64,000 nucleotides of DNA. Origin: Nymphaea colorata. Taxonomy: Eukaryota. The position numbers and the translations under genes are program-made. Position 1 is the first letter of the stretch. Every line of letters begins with the position of its first letter. The stretch spans positions 39,122,001 through 39,186,000 of the forward strand of contig NC_045138.2 in NCBI RefSeq assembly GCF_008831285.2. The letters run 5' to 3'. The notes beneath the pieces are model-generated. The model ran no database searches and was not told where the DNA came from. It worked only from the letters and a program-made list of their open reading frames with translations. This document shows positions 39,049 to 52,892 of this stretch, piece after piece.

Positions 39049-40257
39049 TGCTTTCTGGCGCTGTTCCTGCATGGATCGCGTGGCTCAGCTGACATGCTTT
39101 TGTGTCCTTGAGAGCAGGAGTGAGTTTTTATTAAAATTAGAAGTAGGTGCGATCGCTCAGATCTTGCTTCGGTGGCGCTTGTGGAGCCCCTTGCAAGATC
39201 ATGAACTTGGGTTGGATTTTTGAACCCCATTTTGGATATATTTTTTGGTATATGAAAACTTTTGATTCCCACCCTTCTTTTCGGTTCTGCTTTACTTGGG
39301 ATTGCGTTACAAATGCGGCTGTGTTCTTTTACCTCTTGGAAGCATGTAACTTTGTAGGATAATGAAAGTTTACGCCTGGATTTTGGTGGGCACCTTTCAA
39401 TTAGGGCGAGGAAGGGTTTTCGCGTAGTGGTTTTGGCTTTGGCGTTCAGATAGACAAAGCACAAGCACCCTTTGTTCTTTTTCTTAATGAGTAATAAAAT
39501 TTGGACATTGACTCTGCTGAGAGTAGTCAAAAGCGTCGGGTGTCCCCCCCAATTACATGGGGGTGGTAAGTGTGCTCCATCTTCCCATGCCTCTGATAAT
39601 ATGACAACTGTGCATGGCTTTACATTGATTTGTAGCTAAAGCTGATGCTGCCACATGCAACCTGACTATTGAAGAGCGATTATTTACTGCTCTATTATGA
39701 TCCAATCTCAACAGGGGCGATCTAGACCCATTAACAAACCCTTGGCGTAATTTGATGGGGAAAGCGCTCGACACGTTCCCTGAAATTGCAGAGGTTATAG
39801 CTGTGGGATTGCGATAAATTTTTTTGACAGTAAAGTTTGAAAAACCAGTGCTGGTAGTACATGGTCCCAGTGCCATGCACAAATGGTGGCCGGGTAACCA
39901 AAAATATAGGAAGTTTGCTAACTACTTTTAGGCATAACTTAAACTTGCGACACATTTTTTTTTTCCGAACACAAGGCAGAGCATCTGCACAGCGAGGTTA
40001 AAATTTGCAACCTGAATCAGATTGAATAAGATGGCAACCTGTTCATCCTTTTCCTCTGTGCGCTTGCTTTTGCGGCATGTAACGAAAAATGAGGGATAAC
40101 AAAGTTACAACATTTTCCATGTTAGCCCCATAGAATATACGTTTCATTGGAAGGTTCCGAAATCGATAATTTATACAGAATCAAAGCTTCGTGAAAGCAA
40201 GAGCTATATTTCCGGCGAAAGAAAGAGAGGCGGCCCAATGTTCAGCAACGCTTTCAT

Positions 40258-40389
40258 ATACGAGTTAACTCATGCAGCTCTTATCTCAAATATTTGATAC
40301 ACATACGAGTTAACTCAAGCAGCTCTTATCTCAAATATTTGATACACATACGAGTTAACTCAAGCAGCCCTTATCTCACATATTTGATA
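40258..40389. repeat. Tandem repeat, 45-bp unit x3
   Basis: ATACGAGTTAACTCAAGCAGCTCTTATCTCAAATATTTGATACAC at 40258, 40303 and 40348, near-identical, no spacers. Confidence 0.95.
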
Positions 40390-41606
40390 TGCCCTGACAT
40401 ACGGCCGCATGCATAAATTTTTTTCTAGTACATTTTCTCTACTCTGTATAGCTACAAGTTAGAAAATACAAAAGAGAATCATTTTGATTGAGCTAACAAG
40501 AGCCATATGATTCATAAAGTAACTCAACTATTAAAGATACTGATATCATCAATATTCATGGAATTTTGATCTGTACAAACGAAATCACACATAAGGCGCG
40601 CATGCATTTTAGCGTGTTAGTGTGTGACAGAAGAAAATCATTAAAATGAGAAAGGTGATCTGCTTATTTGGAATATCAACACAAAAATGCTGGATGTTTA
40701 AAGCATGCGTCCGTATGATCCCTCGAGAGCATCTTCAGATGGAGAAAGCAACTAAATCCATTGTAGGATAAAAACTACATCGCCTCCAACCTAGGAAACT
40801 TACCAGATAATGCGCTAACTTTCGAACTGAACAGAAAGCTACTTTACGGGAATTAACTTCGGATACATTTGAACCCAAAACATTCTTGCTCCTAGTCATT
40901 CTGTTTCTCATCATCGAATATCTCAGTCTGACAATTTTTTTGTAGAGTAAATTATCTGTAAGAGGGCACTTTTGGAGATGCGCGTCTGCTAAAAATAAAC
41001 ATATAGTAGAAGAATGATTTCTGAAGTAATGCAAATACTTAGGCCAATATACTCGCAGTTGAGAACTGAGAAGGTACACTCTGACCGCCAAAGGTCTTGT
41101 GTCTGCCCATGGAGGATTTCTAAATGCTAAATGAATTATAGCATTTAACACGCCCACGCATAGGCTTATTCATGAATTTTTGGTCATTCAGTGTAATCCA
41201 CTCTCGTTCTCTCTTCCATAAAGACCTTAAATAGATATGAAATTCAATCACAATAGCATTTCACAACCCCGGAAATGAAATCAATAGTATTGCCATCCTT
41301 TACCTGCTAAATGGGAGCTCAGTAGTCCGCCCAAATCTAGGCGTGTAATTAACGTCTCATTAATTAATTGTCAAATATTTAAGGAAAACATAAATGAACA
41401 GCTGCAAAATAAATTTAGAAACTTAATAATGTTTTCCCTAAAACGTATTCCCCCAGATCATTACACGTAAATGCTGCTATCTATGTTATCTGACCAGCTG
41501 ACAAAAAGAGAAGCCAAAAGACGTCCACAGCCTCAAAAGATCTACCTCGGTCCCATAAATTTGACAATCATATGCTTAGATAGGAAAGGGGGATCCTCAC
41601 CATTTT

Positions 41607-43977
41607 TTATGTTTTCTCTTCATCAGATTGAGAGCATGTTCCAGCCACTGAATCAACAAAGAATTCTTCAACTGAAAGACAATTTTAGAATCATCAATAA
41701 TGATGCCACATAGAGACCTGTACTCATGATAACTTGGTAGAAAAGACATAGTATAGATAAATAGAATGAGAACGAGAGAATTTGGTATAAATGTTGAAGA
41801 GAATACCAGACATAATAAAAATTAACAATGATAAAATGTATAGAATCAGGGAATTGCCAATCCAAGTGTGAGCCAAGCCTGTGGACATATACACAGGCCA
41901 TCTTTACAAACAAGTACAGGCAAGATGGTTAAGCTTGTTTCCATCAATAAAATCAGCCTGGCATCAGAATGCTTTGGAATTGAAACAAGAAGCATCTGAA
42001 GTCCGAGTGCTGATTCCAAAGGTTACTTTCAGATATTAAAACTGGTGCATTGAGGGATTCTGCACACAGGACAGAAGATAAAATTCCAGAAAGTGTTGCT
42101 GGGGCATTTAAAATACAAATCAGGTAACACAAGTAAAAGCTGGTATCGCCAAAGGTGTATCAGCTTTAAATGCTGTTGATTGACAAAAGTGGGGAGATGA
42201 ATGACAGCCTTCCTGCTAAGTGTGGAACGCCAACTCGTTTATTAAACTCAGGACAACAATGCAGGTAGAACAAGTTGTCCCCCCTTGCACGTACCAACAA
42301 AAGGATAGAACAAAAGTGTTCCAGTAACTCATTGCACTTGTGCTTTGAAATACATAACCAAATTGTGTGGCATTTGCATTTAGCGAAAATTCCATCCATG
42401 GCATCATGCAAAGGTGAGTCTGGCTCTTTTTCTCCTCCTTCCTCTGCTCATTCTTTTCCTTCTTCTTATCAGCAGATTTTTTGCCCTAGTACCTTTTCTT
42501 ATTACTTGTCATTATATTTGATAACTCCGGTTCTTCTTGCTTTTTCTTCTTTGAAGAGATCCACTCTTTATTTTCTGCAATCCATCATTCCCAATATCCT
42601 CCCTTTTTGCCGAATCAATTCTTTTGCTGGTTTTCCTTGTCCTTTTATCTGTTTCCCTTGGTACTTTATTCTTTCTTACTTTCTCTTCCATTTTGTTTCT
42701 CCTTATTTTTTTCTTCCTGTCAAGAGCTGCCACTTGCTACTGCTCATTGTAGGGCATGCCAATTCTTCTTCTTCATGTTCTTTTTGGATGATATACATTT
42801 TCTTTTCAGCTTCTTATTCTTGATCATTTTCTTCTTGTTTTTGCCCATCTGTATATGTGGGAATATATATCATCTTCATTGGTTCTTTTTCCTTTTTGGA
42901 ACTTTGTTACGGCTTTCTTATCAGAGGAGACTCACATATATGCAATATACCTACAATTGTAGAGTCTACTAATGAAGCTCTATTACAAAAAATTATTTAT
43001 TATATGTCAGCCAATTCATGTGTTTTCATATTCTTATCGTTATTGTCTAGCAGTTGTATAGATGTCATTTTCTTATTCTATTGTCAGTGGTTGCCATAAA
43101 TTTTACCAAAAAATTAGCTGTTAATTTTTTACTTTGTCCTGGTTAAGATGCATATTGGATGTTTTGCTTGCTTTCCCATTATGACACAGTAATGCATATC
43201 TTACCATGAAATTAAGAGGCTACTGGACCAGGATTTCCATGAAAGACGACACAGTGGTTGATCTTTGGTACCAAGTCCATGGATGACTTTGGCTAGTTTT
43301 GAGAATTGAAGAGTATGTTATAATTTGTCAACATAAACCAAACATTGGACAAAGTGACATGAGAACAATGAGAATGTCAGGTTAGTTTGTTGTAAGAACA
43401 GAATGTGCTAAATAGAGTGTCCAGAAAATCTTGAGTTCATAATCAACCATATTCTTAAGGACTCAAGTGAGCACAAGGTTGCCAAATTTCATAATGATCC
43501 AACTATGGGGTATCCCATGCTAGTAACAAAGATTCAGAGATCCTACAGGATTACTCCATGAATGATGGGCTGCACTTCACGATTTCCTTTGTCATCAACT
43601 AGACTACAGTCACAAGCAAAGCAAGATTGCTTTATCCACCACTTAAGGAATTACCATAAATCATAGGCAGTACGTGAATCATTTCAGTTTTTTTCCCACT
43701 TCTTATTTCCACTTCCGTTTTCACAGTTGGTAGTGAGTGTGCAAGGTTACCACATTCAATGTGGTTTTTCCATTGACGAGGCTCATTTTCAATACATTTG
43801 GCTTTCACTTCACAAATTCAAGCAATTTTAGATGTACCAACCAACCATGAAATAGCCAAACTAATCCTCTATTAGTTTCAGGTTAAGATAAGAAAAACCC
43901 CTTAGCTATGTCACGTGGGCACGAGTGCAAGTTTGGGTATGGGTTCGGACCAAGTTCAAAAACCATAGGTACGAGGG

Positions 43978-44018
<41 letters not shown>

Positions 44019-47000
44019 GAAATTACATTCATTATGATTTTAAACAAACCAAAAATGCACCATTCACCATTGCAATCAACCTACCAGGCCGCTGGAAATA
44101 AAGATGTCACCAGTAGCCTACACGAAAAATGACAGACTTGCCAGACAATGCAGAGGTCCACTGCCGTACAGGGAACCCAGCAAAGAACAGCAGCCTTGGT
44201 CTGAACAAAGGCTGCTTTTTATTGTGTGTAAACAGTAGGCATTGCAAAAAAGAAAACTAAACACTAATTTGGACAGAAACAGAATTGGACAAAGTTGACC
44301 GAGTCTAGTTTTGGTCAAGTACAGGCTCAGGTGCATTGACCACAGCCGACACGTCTCGGACTGTATCCGGTCTTCGTCCAATCCCATGCCCAAACCCGAA
44401 CCCTTGTTGACATGGGTTTGTTGCCCAAACTGGCACACCCATGTTTCATAGCTTCTCACTTCTCAGTAACTTCAATGATCTACACCACTTCAAAAACCCA
44501 CACTTACCCAAGAATGGACATAGACATGAAAAAAATCCGGCAAACTATGTCTTACCATCATGTTCTGGAGAATCGATTAGAATATCTGATCCAGATGGCA
44601 GAAATGGCGACCCACTGTAATTTCCTAAAGCACCTAGATCTGCAAAAATATTTAGACAGAAATCTTCTTATTAAAAGTTCAACATACAATACACCAAGCA
44701 ACCATTGTTCCAAACCTTTCCTTTTAGAAAGCTTAAACAGAACAAAAGAACTGTATATGGCTTGCATCTCCCAACTAAAACCCAGATAAAAGTTACAAAC
44801 GACTTTACTTTTTAAGCATCTAAGACCATGTGCTGTATGCAATGCAAATATATGCCCCCTGGATCAGTAAAAAATTTTCCACATGAAAATGAAGGCACTT
44901 TATTCAAGAGAGACCTTCTTTTGATGAAATAGAGCTTAAACATTACCTCCCAAGTTTGTCAAGTCCGCAGTCAGATCAGAAAAGCTGAAATTCCATGGCA
45001 TCTGATCCAGAGATCTGATGGAATCCCTTGTGGAGCCGACCCCACTATCAGCACCAAGCTGCAGACCAACGCTGGTTGCCACATCTGATGAAAATGCTGA
45101 ATCAAGTGCTGGTGTATCTACACCCATCCCTGATAACTCCGTAGAACTGAATGGAAAGTGACCACTTGATGCAGAAGCAGGACTCATAGCCATTTCTGAC
45201 ATAGATGACATGGCACTACATGAAGGAATCACAGGTCCCACCTCAGCAGAAGCACTGCCCATCACAATACTCTTAAACCCAAAATCAATGCTATCACGCA
45301 CACACAAAGCACAGATGTTTTGAGTTGATCAACATCTATGAACACAAACACATTCTCTCTCTGTCTTTGCCTCTCTCACACAACACTCACATATCCAGCT
45401 ATACGAAATGGTTGAATCAACATTTTGACACCAATAGAAAGGAGATTGGTTGAACTTGTGCAATTGCAACGTGTTGAGACAAAGGGCTCCATCAAGTAAA
45501 TGTTTAGGCACTAGCCATCATCATTAATGTGAGCATGCTAACAATAACAGTTCCAGTACGGAGCAATTTCCTTTCTTCTTCACAGGGTCAAAAAGGCCAA
45601 AACATGAGGAACCAGTACCAACAAAATGAGTCAAATCATCAACTGGGGAGTAGACATGTATATGTGAGATGCCCAATTTGCTACCCTAACATAATGATTG
45701 TGATGTCCATAATATAAGGCTCTAAGCCCATAATATACAGTCGGACAGCATGTCTTTTTTTTTTCTGTTGATACATAATTCATGTACAACTATCATGATT
45801 TAACAAAACAAAGACAGCAATTCACAATCACCAATTTAAGGATCAACCCCTCCATCCCTTTACCTACGGACTTCTACTTTAATCATAAACTGATAAACAT
45901 AGAAAGGTAAATAAAACAATAAGCCAATGTTTTCTTACTCATTCCCAGAATTGATCCGGATTGGGTGAAAATTGCTGGGAGCAGGCACACCATTCACTAC
46001 ATGACAATTTGACAAGCCACAAGCCATGGGATCAAGATGAGGTTGCCCAGTAGCATGCATTGGAGGCTGCTGGAGAACTGGATATCCCATAGGTAGATTG
46101 TTAACTGCACTGAAAGAAGCCAACAATGAAGAAGGATGATAACAGCAATAGTAGCAGAGAGAGAGAGAGAGGGGGGGGGGAGGGGAGAGAGAGAGTACCA
46201 GGCATGGGATGGATTCCATTTTGCATGGGAGCCAAGGGAACTTTTGGTGGGACAGGGCACTTCATGAGGCGGTATTGTTGCTCAAGCAAATGATTAAACA
46301 ACATTATCTGCTTTTTCAGTTTCAGTCTAATATAGTAGGCTCTGAAGAAGTCAGAATTTTCTTCTTCCAATTTCTGCCATACTAAAAGGGGAGAAATTTG
46401 AAGGGCATATTCTCAAGTATTAGTATAAATTGTAAACTAGTAGAATTGGAAAGACCAGATCTTGAACTACATAACTGGGAACTGTAAAAGTGAAAGAATT
46501 TCATACAGAATCATGTTAAAAAAATATTCAGAAGTAAATTAGGATTGAGTCCTTTTTTCAGATGTAAAATGCACCGGCGCAAGCAGATGGGCACAAAATA
46601 TAAGAACCCAAATGTCCCCTGACGTATGAATAGATCAACAGGTTGTTCCATAGAATTAACATAATTGACAGTATTATCAGACTCTGTAGCAGCACCCTTA
46701 TGCAACAAACAGGACTGTCCAGTGAGGTCAGATTAGATGCATGTGGATTACTTCTTGGTTTAAAGAGGACGTATTCAATCAGTTATATCCCCTTGCTATC
46801 TCAGGTGGACACTGAAAGCTTATGATCAATATTGACATGATCGAAGATCAGGTACACTACAGTACTTCATGGGTGAGGTCAAACTGGAGTTGGACAGAGT
46901 TGACATTTCATATCAATACCGTAGTTCAGTGTTCGACTAAGATTATTATTTAAATCAAATATTTATAATGACTTTGATTTATTCTACATAAGTTTTCATT

Positions 47001-50000
47001 TGATAACCTATGTTACACAGGTGCAGGGTGTGGGTGCTGATGCAGGTGCTGCATTTAAAAAAAAAAACATGGGTGCAGGTGCAGTGAGAATCTATATATA
47101 CTTGTATCTATATGTATTTATATATATATAGAGATAAATTGACTACAGACAATGAAACTAGCAATAAAATTGTTCGCAAATAAAAATACAATTAATGATT
47201 AATAAACTATAAGTTTACCAATGATTCAATAGAAAGAAAGCAATTTGTTTGTTGTCGCACCCAAGCTGTGCCCAAGAAGCACCCAAGCCCCGCCTGTCAA
47301 GCACCCAAGAGGCACTTAACATGACTTAGGTGCGGCATCTGTGTTACATAATTGATAATGCATACATCCACACAGACAATATAACATATGGTACATGGCT
47401 GTGACACCTTGCCCGAAGTTTATGAAGTTGCTGTCTCATACTATGAAGCATGAAGGAAATCCATCTTCAGAGTGGGAGGAAAGTCAGCTAATTCCTTACA
47501 TGGAATTATAACATGGTACATAACCTTAAGACATTCAAGGAAAGATTAAATGAGAAGAACCATGGGAATCTTCTGAATCAATCAGTTATCCTTCATGCAC
47601 TCACAGATGCATATATGCTTTGCTTTACTATATGTAGGTTATATGTGTTTCCATAAGGTTGAGGCAATGCCAATGTCTGGCTATGTATATCATAAAGCTA
47701 CAGAGATCCTCTTGCACTGTAAGTAATCTGCAAAGAGACTTATCGAAACAGTTTCTCTTCCAACACACTCATGCATAAGCAGCACAAGCGACCTAGGAAT
47801 ATACAGGATTCCATAAAAGAGATAACTAGAGAAGTTTATCACACAAAAACAGTGAATAAATAAACTTTCTCTTCAGAAGCAAATAACAGGGAGCGACAAA
47901 GAGACCCTTAGACAAACTATGATGTAAAATTCATTTATAGAATAAAAGTTTGTAAATAAAGTTCTCAACCTACCCAAGCTTGTAAAACCAGGTTCTATTC
48001 TTGCCCGATTTAGAAGAGTCTTTACCACTTCTGCTCTATTCATGTACAACTGCAGACAACGTTCTATCAAATTCTGGACCTAGAAAATTATTACAATGGT
48101 AAGATATCAGAGATTCTGTGGCAAGAAGAGAATCTTAACTAAATAGAACGCTCAATGAAATCGTCATAGCAGCTCACAAGTTCAATGTCTTCACGAGAAA
48201 CTTTCCTGCTTTCACTGCTTGAAATTGATCCTGAACCTGAGTCAACAACAGGAGTCTCAGTAGCTGGTATGTCATGTTGATCCCCTTGAGAATCATGTGA
48301 CCCTTGTGATGAAGGCTGCTTTTCTGCTTGACATGGTTGAGAGTCCTGAAGAAAAGTCTACTGTTAAAATTGACATATGTTTTTTTGGCTTTAGCTGATC
48401 AAAACTAAACAAATTTGGAAAAAGGGATGTAAAATTGAAAAGCATTACCTTTGACTAAAGAAATATTTTTTATTACTTGTGGTTCATCAAACTAAATATG
48501 GTGTTTGCTATTTTATCATTCAGCAGATCAATCACACATGATTTTAAAGAAACTAACAAAAGCTTACTTTGAAATTTCTGCTTCCAATGAACATTGCATT
48601 TGACATGCAAATTAGAAGCCAAAAACATCATTTATGATTAACTGAGATAGGGCCGCCTTTGATTAGCCAAACAGCCTATGCACTGCTTAATGAGGCCCTT
48701 CCTTTTTTTTGCAAAAGTTGTCACATAATTCAGGTAATTCAATCAAATATCTGTCCGCCTTATGAAAGAAAACTCATGAATGGTCTGACCAAGCTACTTA
48801 TTGCGAGTTAAAAGAGTCTCTTTTGAATGTCAAATGAATGGCAACATGATATCCTCAATAAGTCAATGTCCTTAAAAAAGCTGATACTAGACTCTCCACA
48901 TTCTACATTCCTTACAAAAGCTTGTCTCCTTTCTTTTCATATTTTAAAATAGAGAACAACAGGCAAGTTGCCATATAAAGAGAGCACAAGATTTCATCTC
49001 TAAGCAGAAAGTTAACTGAATAAGCTCTAAATTTTAAAATAGAGAACAAGAGGCTAGTTGTCATATAAAGAGATCACTAGCTTTCATCTCTAAACAAAAA
49101 ATCAACTGAATATGCTCCAAGCTTAAACCTGACATTTATGGCCTGCAATACACTATGCAAAGGAAGCCAGCAAGGAAAAGGACGAGTGCACTCCCTAACA
49201 TAGTTATTAGAACTCCTAAGCATGAATAAAACAGCCACATGGAATCCAAGAGGCTTCTCAAGCTTGCACGGTATGACAACTAACCTAGTATCCTTACGAT
49301 AGTGAAAAAAAAAGTTCAACAAACATTTCCAGATACATTATCACTTTTTTGCTCTCTCTAAAAGCAACCTAAACTTCCTTGACATGTATTTACCTCCTCT
49401 ATGCACCACATATTCACCATTCCAACACAAACATCTAACAATTCAACCTTCTAACCTATAGACCACTTTTTTGTTGTTAATCACACAACCAAGTCCCAAT
49501 TAGCACAAGTTGATTTAGCTTTTACCCAATGCACTCAATTAGAATGTGTTCATCAGTAAACAGTTCCACCAAGTCATGTTGACACGCTTGGATTGTGTTT
49601 TCTCCATAAAAAGAATAAAATATATATACACCGTGTGGGATGACCAACCATCCAAAAACCAACCATGTTAGGGAAGAAAAACAGGGGCCTGTTCTATAGC
49701 ATGAGAAGCTGCATAAGAACTCCACTTTTACAGAAGTCCAAAAAAGCACCTGATTTACAAAAAAATGGTGTTTCAAAAATTACTTTAAAGCAAAGCATTT
49801 AATGCTTAGAAAATGAAAGAAAAGACAAAAGTTTTAATGTTGAAACCTGGTTGCTCATCTGGAAAAATAGTTTAATGACTATCCTACTCTATTAGAGATT
49901 TTTCATTTATTCTTCCTTTTAGGTTTTTACGTTTAGATGCTCTAGATAAATCCATATTTTCAAAGCAAAGACCTCTACATAGAATGACAAATTGAAATTA

Positions 50001-51005
50001 GCAATGGCCCTAAAAAGACAGCTTTGCATTTAACTTAAGAAGAATTTAAGACGTATAAATAATTACAAATTGTTAAAAAGTAAATATAGAAAGTTGTATA
50101 TAAGTGAATAAATTAAAATTATTAAAAATACATCAGTCATGAAGAGGACATATTATTTTGTTAGCAATAAAAATATGAGAAAAATAAAAAATACTTTCTA
50201 ATATCGATTCCTTGCCAAGGTCAGGAAGCCTAAAAAAGTATACCCTAAGCCACACAGATTCTCCAATTTGGTTCCTGCATTATCCCATCATATGCACGTC
50301 ACACTATAGAATCCATAAAACTGCTGCTTGAATCTGCCGTTCTATGCATGTGAGATAATTATCAAACCATCTGCAACCGTTCTACTTCTACCTTTCTTTG
50401 TTTCTTACCCAAATACCAAGACAGAACAAATTCATAGTTACAGTTTCCTAGAACTTAATCTGCATTTGACAAGAGGAAAGTTTAGATCTTTAGCTCATTG
50501 TCTGTCTGTGTAGTTCAAGCAACTGAAGACGAACATGAAGACCTTTCACAGAAGGTTAATAACAATTAATAAATGTATCTAGAATTTAAGATAACTACAG
50601 CAAATAAAAATTGGCAAATGGATGTATCTCATAAAGTCAGCGTACAAACAGCGGAATTGGGAGTATTAAGGAGAATGCATGCTTATGGAGAGAAGACAAA
50701 ACAGTATGAAGAATAATAGCAACTTTATCAGCACGAGTTTAACACAGAAATACATACAGAGGGTTCATATGTAAGTTGCAACATGAAAAAGGTCAACAAA
50801 TGAATTTGTAATATAGCTCACTTGCATTATTGCTAATTCGTAACACATTATCATCTAAAGAATAGCTGATTGTCGTAACCAAATCATCAATGATTTAATG
50901 ACACATTAGGCTCCTCGCCTTTTGGAGTTTTTAGCATGAACTTCAATAATCAGGGCTATGCAAACAGCCAGTTATAGGATATAGTAGCACCTGCAGTGTC
51001 TTCAT
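41607..51005 (-). CDS. A_thal_3526 (TIGR01589) plant-specific domain protein, about 369 aa
   Basis: Exons on the minus strand: 51005-50991 (MKTLQ), 48345-48178, 48079-47974, 46381-46199, 46104-45939, 45269-44947, 44639-44556, 41671-41607. Phases consistent, 1110 nt. Signature RKVSREDIELVQNLIERCLQLYMNRAEVVKTLLNRARIEPGFTSLVWQKLEEENSDFFRAYYIRLKLKKQIMLFNHLLE; conserved C-terminus WNFSFSDLTADL...LGNYSGSPFLPS...EEFFVDSV. The start could be 51017 (MTSEMKTLQ). Confidence 0.9.
43906..44451. mobile_element. hAT-type MITE (CTATG-TIR family), copy 3, decayed
   Basis: Ends CTATGTCACG...ATGTTTCATAG; shares CAAAGTTGACCGAGTC (44290) with copy 2 (17892); TSD matches only 4/8. Confidence 0.65.
47008..47351. 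mobile_element. hAT-type MITE (CTATG-TIR family), copy 4
   Basis: Ends CTATGTTACACAG...CTGTGTTACATAA; TSD TTGATAAC/TTGATAAT (7/8); GGTGC/GCACC subterminal repeats. Confidence 0.8.
48941..49120. repeat. Tandem duplication, 90-bp unit x2 (intronic)
   Basis: ATTTTAAAATAGAGAACAA.AGGC.AGTTG.CATATAAAGAGA.CAC.AG.TTTCATCTCTAA... starts at 48941 and 49031. Confidence 0.9.
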
Positions 51006-52148
51006 TTCAGATGTCATACATCCTTACAACATCTTCAATGTGTCGACAAATGAATATCTGGATGAATGCGAAAGGTCGAACTGCTCATTCAAAGGAAATC
51101 ACAGCTACCACCTGAAAAGGGAGGAGGCATGTAAAACGACAATTTGGTTATTCTCCAGATTACATGTAGACAAGAGCAAATATCATGGTACATGCAAGAC
51201 AAAGGAACATAATTTAAAGCTTACAATTAGCAGACATAAACCGTATAAAAACTTTTAGATTAAGCACTAAGATGGCAATGTCCGACATGGCAAATTCAAG
51301 ACATAGGAACAGGATATTAATAGTTCAGACAGCATAAGCTACTAGAATCTAAATATTTGCATGGATGGATATAATGATAGCTTTTGGAGGAAGAGGCTAG
51401 AAATATAGTAGATTCAATAATGGATCAGTCAAAATTCTATGGTTATTGCAGAAGCAGATTTTGTTATTATTTTTTTTCAAGTACTTCCTACAAATGATTC
51501 AAGTTACGAATGTATCCCTAAAATGACACCAACCAAACTCCAGCAATGGTCACTTCATTCTACAAGCAGTCACCATTATGACACAAGTACAACAGTTGCA
51601 TTAAGTTTTTTCATCCAATTTTACATGTCAAAACTGCAATATTGGCCACAGACAGTTGTTGCTCGCCCAGGTGCAAAAGAATCACATGGCTCCTTCCTTG
51701 TACAAGTACATGCTTTATTCACCATGTTTCATTGAGTTACCTGAGTGAGCTTCAAGGCTATCTGAAAAGGACAACCAACGGAGTGACAAATTTCTACATG
51801 ATTCTCACTCAAGAAAAAAAAAAGGAAAGAAAAAGGGAATACCTCCAGATGAAGGACAGAGTCAACATTCACTTAATTTTGGCATGTGCATGTACAGATC
51901 TACTAGCTCAAGGGCATAAGGGAAAAGCTAGCTTAGTTAAAGAGGGCGTGTGGTGGATTGTGTTGGAGGTGGGTTGCTTTGGTTGATTGTAGGCCTTCTT
52001 CTTAAGAATCAGCTTGTTGAAAGGGTAGCGTTCAAGTTCTCGCACTTGCATTGCTAAAGTATGTTCTGGCTACAGACCATAACATGCTTGGCAAACGCGT
52101 CCTACTAGAACCTCCAGATGAAAAGACTGCCTCCAAGCTTGAAGCTAA

Positions 52149-52892
52149 GGGCCTGTTTGATGGCCAGAGTTTTTACTGTAGCACACAGACAAATGTCTGT
52201 GTTTTTGAATTTTATCCATGACCCATCACAGATGGGTAAAAAGTCCTTTCTCGATGGACCTAAAATAATAAGGATTTTTGTCTGCGGATAAAAGTCTGAC
52301 CTCGAGAGGTTGGACTTTTATCCATGGATATTTTTTCTGCCCGTTAGGGTTGAATTCTTCTCTTCAACGGTTGAAGAGTGTTTAGAGCTCTGAGCATAGC
52401 TTTGGACTTAGTCTTCACTTCTTGAGTTTACACGTTATTCCGTGCTTGTGAATTCTCCTGTTGCCAAGGAGGTTAGCCAATGTATACAATGAAATATTAT
52501 TTCACTACACTGCTTATGGGCATAAGTTAATAGACAACATGATGAAAATGTCCACGGTCCAAATAAATGAGAAAAAGCAATGAAGTAAAAGAAGCATCTG
52601 TAATGTTCTCCAGCATTTATTAGAATCAGTCTTTCCTTTTCTTCTAAACTAATTGGTGGGCCTTTAAGCAAGAAACAACATAAGAAATGGTATAATACAC
52701 AAATCAAGGGACCTCCTGATTCGGTAGTTAGCACTTAGTAACTAATACCAATTTCTTATTTCTAACTTATCATGTAGGACGCCAATCTTTGCAACAGAAC
52801 TTTTTTTTTTTTTGTTCATGGATTTTAATCCAGTTTCATCACACGGCGGACAATATTTCAGGGATTTTAATAACTACCCATCATACAGGCCC
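52149..52892. mobile_element. Tourist/PIF-Harbinger-like MITE in the 5' UTR intron of the A_thal_3526 gene
   Basis: TIRs GGGCCTGTTTGATGG / CCATCATACAGGCCC (14/15); TAA TSD at 52146-52148 and 52893-52895. Confidence 0.85.

Noticed and set aside
40258..40389. CRISPR-like array
   Set aside because: The units are contiguous and near-identical with no unique spacers, there are no cas genes, and the context is eukaryotic.
42275..42972. Hydrophobic ORFs (182 and 121 aa)
   Set aside because: They arise from a low-complexity pyrimidine-rich tract inside an intron.
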